DNA from: a virus
Taxonomy: Duplodnaviria > Caudoviricetes
Virus record (IMG/VR): IMGVR_UViG_3300030389_003243
Coordinates: 1-26,629 of that record
Length of the DNA: 26,629 nucleotides
Direction: 5' to 3' (one strand)
The notes beneath the pieces are model-generated. The model was given only the letters and a program-made list of their open reading frames with translations. It was not told where the DNA came from and searched no databases. A program made the position numbers and the translations under genes. Below are positions 7,548 through 13,598 of this stretch, in pieces. Each line of letters opens with the position of its first letter. Positions within the stretch are counted from its first letter, which is position 1.

Positions 7548-7613
7548 GATATTTATCTGTTGATAAATATCGTTGAACGCTCATTGTTTAAACAAGCGCT
7601 CTACGATATCTAT
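7548..7613 (-). promoter_or_regulatory. Intergenic overlapping-hairpin module
   Basis: Hairpin A 7563-7613 (TGTTTAAACA apex); hairpin B is a perfect 10-bp stem 7548-7557/7562-7571. Confidence 0.65.
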
Positions 7614-8320
7614 TGATAATCTTTGCGCAATTTTAGTGGTAAGTCTACAACTGTAGAAGAACCACAAGCCATACAACGAAAGTTATCGCCAACTTTCTTG
7701 TATACTGCCATAGATACACGACTGATTAAGCCAAAACCCTGCGCAATAGATTTGTCACTAGCACCTATACAAGCCTCTGCACCTGTACATTTAACTGCAA
7801 CTGTAGTTGAGCCAACACCCTCTTTTTGCTTGATAGCATAATGAGGAAGTAAGCCTAACTTTTTGATGAAGTCTTGTATAAGTAGAGTAAACTGCGGTCC
7901 TGCAACGGTCGCTGTAGGAATACCATCCGCACCTAGATAATCTATAATGATTTTCTTAAAGCGGTGACCATGTCCTGTGCCAACAGGCAGCACTGCATGA
8001 GTTACCTCATGTGCAACTATCTGCGCAGTTTCGATACTTTGGGCAAGTGAAGTGCCTGTGCGAGTAGGGCAGATGAAGATTTCTCTAACATTGCCTTCGC
8101 TGTGTTCTTCATAATGACATACGCCAATAGCTTTGGCTTTACCTTTTGGCATAAAGCCGATAGATAATTTAATGACATCACGAGCAACTTCGCATACAAA
8201 CTCTTTGCTTATTTCATTATAGATAAAATCTGCAACCTTGTTAAGCCATTCTTCACGATTACCTTTGAAGAAATGAATTTCTTCTTGTGTATCTGTACTA
8301 GATTTTTGTTTTGTTTCCAT
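7610..8320 (-). CDS. SprT-like zinc metalloprotease with C-terminal Zn ribbon
   Basis: AIGVC, AHEVTH (HExxH), GHG..FK; C-terminal C-x5-C...CMAC. AGGAGG RBS. Confidence 0.8.
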   Translation of the reverse strand: METKQKSSTDTQEEIHFFKGNREEWLNKVADFIYNEISKEFVCEVARDVIKLSIGFMPKGKAKAIGVCHYEEHSEGNVREIFICPTRTGTSLAQSIETAQIVAHEVTHAVLPVGTGHGHRFKKIIIDYLGADGIPTATVAGPQFTLLIQDFIKKLGLLPHYAIKQKEGVGSTTVAVKCTGAEACIGASDKSIAQGFGLISRVSMAVYKKVGDNFRCMACGSSTVVDLPLKLRKDYQ

Positions 8321-8346
8321 TGTGTTTGCCTCCTATATATTTATTG

Positions 8347-8413
8347 TACACTCATAAAAATTATAAGTGTATCTATCTACTCACTATTTGTTTAAACAGT
8401 GAGTAGTTAGATA
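8347..8413 (-). promoter_or_regulatory. Intergenic double-hairpin module
   Basis: Hairpin A 8370-8385/8398-8413 with TGTTTAAAC in the loop; hairpin B 8347-8371. Confidence 0.65.
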
Positions 8414-8414
8414 T

Positions 8415-8756
8415 TTAATTAACCTCTTTTATTATATTTATAGATTTAGTTATAGATTTACTAAATTCATCTTCATAATAAAAAGGATGTTGAACTGATT
8501 GAAGAACTTCATCAATTAATGAGGTTATCTCATCATATGACCTATTCTCAAACAAAGATAAACATTTACCAAATAAAACAAAGTCTTGCTTATGAACATA
8601 TTTTTCAAAGTCAACAGTAAAAGTATCGTTTAAATTTGTCATTGTGTTGTGTGCAATGTTTACAAAATCATTCCATACATTTGCCTGACCTGGCGTACCA
8701 TTCAAAGACCAATCATAAGCTTTTCTTAGTATTTCTAATTCTATCCATCTTTTCAT
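8415..8756 (-). CDS. Hypothetical protein (113 aa), first gene of the early arm
   Basis: AGGAGGCAAA-ATG at 8756 (MKRWIELEILRK); the longer track start at 8804 lies inside a hairpin. Confidence 0.75.
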   Translation of the reverse strand: MKRWIELEILRKAYDWSLNGTPGQANVWNDFVNIAHNTMTNLNDTFTVDFEKYVHKQDFVLFGKCLSLFENRSYDEITSLIDEVLQSVQHPFYYEDEFSKSITKSINIIKEVN

Positions 8757-8778
8757 TTTGCCTCCTATAATTTGCTTT

Positions 8779-8823
8779 ATAAATAGCTTGATGCACACCC
8801 TCAATGTGTATCAAGCTACCTAT
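8779..8823 (-). promoter_or_regulatory. Long hairpin upstream of the first early gene (RNase III-site-like)
   Basis: TAGCTTGAT-g-CACA...TGTG-t-ATCAAGCTA at 8784-8818; arms resemble those of the 6105-6178 stem. Confidence 0.6.
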
Positions 8824-9331
8824 TAATCCATACTGACTTGAAACTTTTAGTCATTACAACTTCAATTCCAATATGGTTCTGAATTAATAAATAGCCTTAA
8901 ATATAAGGCATAAATAGAATATGCGTACAGTCTCCTTTGTTTCTGTAAATATCCAATCTAAATCAATAATGTCAATTTTTTCGCTAGTGTTGTTGTTTTA
9001 TGTCTTTCGACCAATCTTCGTTAGAAGTAGAGTTCTTACCGATTACACCCGGTCATTCTCTATGGGGTTTAGCGCCTGTATTTAGTATTTAGTTGAACAG
9101 CGCCTTGCCTGTACTTGCCTTGAACACTTTCTTAGGCTTTTTTAAGTAGATGTCTAAGTCCATCTCTATTGTGTTACTACTAACCTTAGGGGGATTTGAA
9201 ATTTATGCCAACTTATGTTGACATATTTCTGAAAAAATATACTTAGTAAAAGCCTATAAACATTGACTATTACAGGTGCATGAAGAATTATTTATTTTTT
9301 TTTGAAATAATCTTTAATTTGCGGTGACATT

Positions 9332-9366
9332 TCTTAGGCGTAACTTTCTGCGCCTAAGATTTTTTT
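9332..9366 (+). terminator. Rho-independent terminator
   Basis: TCTTAGGCG/CGCCTAAGA stem (plus T-G and A-T pairs) followed by T7. Confidence 0.7.
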
Positions 9367-9964
9367 GGTGCTGCTGTTAGATTTGAAAAGAATAATAATG
9401 TGCTGATATCAATGTTAGTGTACCCTCTGCCTGTTTGTGTTTAAACAACTACCAAATACAGCCAAACTGTACCCACAATATGATGTAGCACTATATATAG
9501 TGTGCATACTTACACAACACAATATATGGGCTTGGTGCCAACAAACACAAGGGCTTGGGGTAGGGTTTAATGTGCGTGGGCGCTCTTTTTATGTGTGTGT
9601 TCTTTAAAAATATGCTGTTAACTAGGCAGTAAAATAGCCACCTAAAGTGCTTGTTTAAACACTTATAGTGATTATCTAAAATAAGTAGAAACTAGACACA
9701 ACTAACCCTGTGTCATCCCTCCCAACCGATAACAAATCTGTTTATGACTTATTGTAAATATATGAAGTAATAGCCTCTAACGCTAGTTACTATGGTCAGG
9801 CAAATCCACTTTATTGAAGTTTTTATCTGATAAATCTTTCCTAGTGCCTGAAATCTATCATGTTTGTTTAAACACTATACCATAAAATATTTTTTTGTGG
9901 GGATTTCCTTACCAAGTAAAGGAGGAAACCAAAGTAAAAAAATCCCTATCTTATTTTACAGATA

Positions 9965-9973
9965 TGTTATAGT
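9965..9973 (+). promoter_or_regulatory. Extended -10 promoter candidate TGtTATAGT
   Basis: The same 9-mer recurs at 10385, ahead of the late operon. Confidence 0.5.
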
Positions 9974-10036
9974 GGATGTTAGGAATATTCATTTTCCTTT
10001 CAAGGACATGTTTAGCCCTTTCTATTGTGTATACGA

Positions 10037-10068
10037 AATGGGTGTGACAGGCAACTGCTACACCCATT
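10037..10068 (+). terminator. GNRA-capped hairpin, possible 3' end of a short RNA
   Basis: AATGGGTGT-ga-CAG-GCAA-CTG-ct-ACACCCATT; the T-tract is displaced to 10085-10092. Confidence 0.45.
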
Positions 10069-10104
10069 AGTATTGTCAAAAAAATTTTTTTTACACCTAC
10101 TTTC

Positions 10105-10113
10105 TGCTATAAT
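10105..10113 (+). promoter_or_regulatory. Consensus extended -10 promoter TGcTATAAT
   Basis: Perfect TGnTATAAT with A/T tracts upstream. Confidence 0.7.
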
Positions 10114-10119
10114 AAATAT

Positions 10120-10385
10120 GCTTTTAGAAAGTCTAAAAGTATCGTGTATGAGGATATACGATTAGAAAAGAAAGTATGCTTTTCATCATATAGCATTTGT
10201 GATTATGTGATTGAGTAAGTTTATTTCTTTTTCTTTCATAGAGTAGCGTAGGTGCGAGGACCTACAGAGGCTAAGGAAAAGGGTTGCACGACCTGCCCAA
10301 AGTGATGGCAAAACAACTGCTTACCTACTCGCAAACAGTATTGGACATGCTGTACGAACAGAACTCCACTTCGGTGGAGTTTTGT
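10120..10385 (+). ncRNA. Structured non-coding RNA candidate (about 265 nt)
   Basis: Lies between a consensus promoter and a cUUCGg terminator; successive helices; no RBS-led ORF. Confidence 0.6.
10361..10385 (+). terminator. cUUCGg hairpin terminator
   Basis: GAACTCCAC-TTCG-GTGGAGTTT followed by TGTGTT. Confidence 0.7.
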
Positions 10386-10393
10386 GTTATAGT
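10385..10393 (+). promoter_or_regulatory. Extended -10 promoter candidate for the late operon (TGtTATAGT)
   Basis: Located 27 nt before the ATG at 10421, which has a GGGAG RBS. Confidence 0.55.
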
Positions 10394-10420
10394 AATAAGA
10401 AGCAACTATGGGAGATAAAA

Positions 10421-10492
10421 ATGCCAATGAGCAAAAAAGGCAAAAAGAAAAGATACTCTAGCAAACGCAAGAGTAAAAGAATGGGTTACTAA
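10421..10492 (+). CDS. Very basic 23-aa peptide (MPMSKKGKKKRYSSKRKSKRMGY)
   Basis: GGGAG RBS; TAATG coupling to the next gene. Confidence 0.6.
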   Translation: MPMSKKGKKKRYSSKRKSKRMGY

Positions 10493-10602
10493 TGTTATCA
10501 CCTAAACAAAAAAAAATTGCTAAACTAGCAAAACCTTTTGATAAAATTACAGGTGAAGATTTTAAAAAACTCAGAGATAACAAAAGAAGAAAAAAACAAT
10601 AA
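10492..10602 (+). CDS. Basic 36-aa protein (MLSPKQKKIAKLAKPFDKITGEDFKKLR...)
   Basis: TAATG overlaps at both ends; LSPKQKKI...KITGxDF..LR is a motif I recognise from marine phages. Confidence 0.7.
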   Translation: MLSPKQKKIAKLAKPFDKITGEDFKKLRDNKRRKKQ

Positions 10603-10775
10603 TGAAGGTAAAAGGTGTAGATGTTTCTAAGTTGACTAAAAGACAACAAGAAACCATGAAAAAACATTCTAAGCATCATAGTAAAAAACATATTCAATAT
10701 ATGTACAACTCTATGCGTAGAGGTGCTAGTTTTACAAAAGCACATAAAAATGCACAAAAAAAAGTTGGCAAGTAA
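10602..10775 (+). CDS. Basic His-rich 57-aa protein (…MKKHSKHHSKKH…GASFTKAHKNAQKKVGK)
   Basis: TAATG overlaps at both ends. Confidence 0.7.
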   Translation: MKVKGVDVSKLTKRQQETMKKHSKHHSKKHIQYMYNSMRRGASFTKAHKNAQKKVGK

Positions 10776-11032
10776 TGGCAACCTACCAAGGAAAAACAGT
10801 TACGCTTAATAAACCTTCTAGGATTACTAAAGGTGAACCTGGTCATGGTAGAAAAAAATTTAAGGTTTATGTTAAGGATGGTAAGAAAGTAAAAAAGGTT
10901 ATGTTTGGTGACCCTAACATGGAAATACGAAAAGATAACCCTGAAGCTAGAAAATCATTTAGAGCAAGACATAAATGTGATACAGCAACAGATAAAACAT
11001 CTGCAAGATATTGGTCTTGCAAGATGTGGTAA
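10775..11032 (+). CDS. Basic conserved phage protein (RKSFRARHKC...ARYWSCKMW)
   Basis: Motif recognised from marine phages and giant viruses; TAATG coupling. Confidence 0.75.
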   Translation: MATYQGKTVTLNKPSRITKGEPGHGRKKFKVYVKDGKKVKKVMFGDPNMEIRKDNPEARKSFRARHKCDTATDKTSARYWSCKMW

Positions 11033-11042
11033 AGGAGATAAA

Positions 11043-11285
11043 ATGGCAAAAAAACCTGCAAGAAAACCTATTAATGCAAAAACCAAAAAGGCTTTACAAG
11101 CAAAAGCCGCAAAAAGCAAATATACCTATGGGCAATTAGCACAAGTATATAGGCGTGGACAAGGTGCATATTTATCTAGTGGTAGTAAATCAGCTAGTAT
11201 GGCAGCTTGGGCTATGGGTAGAGTAAATAGTTTTATAAGAGGTGGACATTCACAAGATAATGACATTAAAAGAAAAAAGAAATAA
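11043..11285 (+). CDS. Basic protein, DUF5824-like (QVYRRGQGAY...WAMGRVNSF)
   Basis: AAAGGAG RBS before ATG 11043 (MAKKPARK); the track start at 10905 is probably wrong. Confidence 0.7.
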   Translation: MAKKPARKPINAKTKKALQAKAAKSKYTYGQLAQVYRRGQGAYLSSGSKSASMAAWAMGRVNSFIRGGHSQDNDIKRKKK

Positions 11286-11470
11286 TGCCAAAAAGAAAAG
11301 TAAAATATGAAAAAGGAGTACCTTCTAAATACTTACAGAATAAAAAAAATTCAAAGGCTTCTGTTGCTCGTGAGATTAAGGCGACTGCAAAAGCTTATAA
11401 AGAAGGTAAATACATAGATTTAAAAGCTGTGCAGAAATCAAGAGCTGTTAAGAAAAAACGCAGGAGATAA
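11285..11470 (+). CDS. Basic 61-aa protein (GVPSKYL)
   Basis: TAATG coupling. Confidence 0.7.
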   Translation: MPKRKVKYEKGVPSKYLQNKKNSKASVAREIKATAKAYKEGKYIDLKAVQKSRAVKKKRRR

Positions 11471-11473
11471 TTG

Positions 11474-11596
11474 ATGGCTAGACAAGTTAGTTGGATGTGG
11501 GGTGGTAAAAGACATTATGGTACTCTTATAAGAGAAACCAAAACTCATAAATTTGCTAGAACTAAAAATGGCAAAATTAAAAAAATAAAAAAATAA
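11474..11596 (+). CDS. Basic 40-aa protein (MARQVSWMWGGKRHYGTLIRETK...)
   Basis: AGGAG RBS; fills the gap. Confidence 0.65.
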   Translation: MARQVSWMWGGKRHYGTLIRETKTHKFARTKNGKIKKIKK

Positions 11597-11695
11597 TTGA
11601 AGATAACCTGTCCTGTTTGTCAGGAATACTTACAGGTGGTCAAGCTTAAATTAAAATGTAAAAATAAGAAATGTAAAAATTATGACAAAAACTAA
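11597..11695 (+). CDS. Small Zn-ribbon peptide (32 aa, CPVC...CKNKKC)
   Basis: TTG start directly after the upstream stop; four Cys; overlaps the terminase start. Confidence 0.45.
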   Translation: MKITCPVCQEYLQVVKLKLKCKNKKCKNYDKN

Positions 11696-13598
11696 ACTCT
11701 GTTTCGCAAAAGGTTGTCATAATATTTTACGACCACCAAAGAAAAAATTTTGTTCTTCTAAATGTTCTAAAAGTTATCATAACGCTGTATATCATGCTAA
11801 GAAAAAAGGTGCTGTATATGAAATTGACCATGATGGTAAACCTGTAGCAGAGGGCAATGTACAAAAACGCAGAGGCAAAGTTTACGAACAGTTAATAGAA
11901 AAAAATCTAGGACCTTTAATTTTAAAAGGTGACATGCTAAAACAAGATGCTGCTGCTCTACTAGGTTGTACAAAAGCCGCACTAAGTTATGCTTACGCTG
12001 CTTGGGTAGAGGATATGGAAACAAAAGCAAAAGCAGAAAATTGGACCATACCTGCAAAAGCAGAAAAGTCACTAAATAATTTCAAACAATTTAGAGATAG
12101 ATATTTTTTAACAGAAACAGGAGAACCTTACGAAACACCTGAATTTCACATTAGGTGGATAAAATCTATTTTAGAAGCTATAGAACATGGCGACCAACAA
12201 ATGATACTGTCACCACCTAGACATGGTAAAACAGATTTGCTTATACATTTTGCTGTGTGGTTAATTATAAAAAATCCTAATGTTCGTATTTTATGGGTAG
12301 GCGGTAACGAAGAGATTGCTAAAAATGCAGTAAGCTCTGTAATTGACCAATTAGAAAATAACGAAAAACTTATAGAAGAACTATGTCCTCCTGGAAAAAC
12401 TTTTAAACCTACAAGTCGTACAGGTAAAGCATGGTCACAAAATGGTTTTACTGTTGGCACTAGAACAGTTACAGGTATTAAATCACCTACTATGGTAGGT
12501 ATTGGTCGTGGTGGTAAAATATTATCAAGAGATTGCGACATTATTATTGGTGATGACCTAGAAGACCATTCATCTACTATGCAACCTGCATCAAGAGAAA
12601 ATACTAGAAATTGGTGGACTACAACACTATCAAGTCGTAAAGAAGAACATACAGCAATAATCGTAATTGGTTCTAGGCAACATTATGATGACTTGTATTC
12701 TCATTTGTTAGATAACGAAAGTTGGAAAACATTGGTTGAAGAAGCACACGACACATCTTGCAACATTGCAGATTGGGATGAAAAAGCACATACAGAGTGT
12801 ATGTTGTGGACAGGTAAGCGAACTTATAAGTGGTTGATGGACAGAAAACGAGCAGCAGAAACTACAGGTGGTAGAGCAATATACGAAATGGTATATCTTA
12901 ATGTCGCTATGCCTGATGGACTTGCTTTGTTTGAGCGTGAAGAAATAGAACAGTGTCGTGACCAAAGTAGAGCAATAGGTGACATACCAATTAATGTAAG
13001 ACTTATAGCAGGACTTGACCCTGCATCTACAGGTTATCAAGCTGCAGTATTGTGGGGTTACAATACCGAAACAGGCACATTGTTTTTAATAGATATAGAA
13101 AACAATTTAGGTGGTGGAATACCACAAGCATTACAAATAATTAAAAAATGGTGGACAGAGTACAACTGTAGTCATTGGGTTATAGAAGAAAATGGTTTTC
13201 AAAAAGCTATACGACAAGATGTATCTATAAAAGATTTTGCAAATAGACATGGCGTATTTTTAGAGGGACACGAAACACGAAATCAAAAGTTTGACCCATT
13301 GTTTGGTGTGACAGCTATGCGACCAATGTTTGCTGATAAACTAATAAATTTACCTTATAGTGGATTTGAAGCACAAGAAAAGATAAACTTATATACAAGT
13401 CAGTTGGTTTATTTTAGTTCTGCTAGAAACAAAAGCAAAAGCGTAGGAACTAAAACAGATATTGTTATGGCTAGTTGGTTTCCAATGAGAGCAATTAGGC
13501 GTATGCAAAAAGAACGCTTTGCAGAACTTGGATATGATTACAATCCTAGTTTTTCTGACTATAATCCTAGTAATATAGATTATGATAATTGGAGATAA
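11682..13598 (+). CDS. terL: Terminase large subunit with N-terminal Zn-finger and HTH extension
   Basis: Walker A SPPRHGKT, Walker B IIIGDDLED, coupling motif GSR, RNase H-like nuclease GLDPA...IEEN...DIVMASW. Confidence 0.92.
   Translation: MTKTKLCFAKGCHNILRPPKKKFCSSKCSKSYHNAVYHAKKKGAVYEIDHDGKPVAEGNVQKRRGKVYEQLIEKNLGPLILKGDMLKQDAAALLGCTKAALSYAYAAWVEDMETKAKAENWTIPAKAEKSLNNFKQFRDRYFLTETGEPYETPEFHIRWIKSILEAIEHGDQQMILSPPRHGKTDLLIHFAVWLIIKNPNVRILWVGGNEEIAKNAVSSVIDQLENNEKLIEELCPPGKTFKPTSRTGKAWSQNGFTVGTRTVTGIKSPTMVGIGRGGKILSRDCDIIIGDDLEDHSSTMQPASRENTRNWWTTTLSSRKEEHTAIIVIGSRQHYDDLYSHLLDNESWKTLVEEAHDTSCNIADWDEKAHTECMLWTGKRTYKWLMDRKRAAETTGGRAIYEMVYLNVAMPDGLALFEREEIEQCRDQSRAIGDIPINVRLIAGLDPASTGYQAAVLWGYNTETGTLFLIDIENNLGGGIPQALQIIKKWWTEYNCSHWVIEENGFQKAIRQDVSIKDFANRHGVFLEGHETRNQKFDPLFGVTAMRPMFADKLINLPYSGFEAQEKINLYTSQLVYFSSARNKSKSVGTKTDIVMASWFPMRAIRRMQKERFAELGYDYNPSFSDYNPSNIDYDNWR

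Larger units (their letters stand above)
1124..9874. repeat. Dispersed palindrome TGTTTAAACA (16 copies here; 2 more at 16587 and 24085)
   Basis: Starts at 1124, 1983, 2671, 3237, 3785, 4429, 5435, 6034, 6424, 6732, 7100, 7585, 8389, 9438, 9652 and 9865; 9/10 variant at 4821. Confidence 0.9.

Noticed and set aside
8757-10420. tRNA or tmRNA genes in the non-coding region
   Set aside because: No cloverleaf with a T-loop GTTCRA and acceptor stem found by eye; tRNAscan or ARAGORN would be decisive.
9864-10427. Track ORFs 9864-10070 (+) and 10236-10427 (-)
   Set aside because: No RBS, atypical composition, and they overlap promoters, hairpins and the ncRNA candidates.
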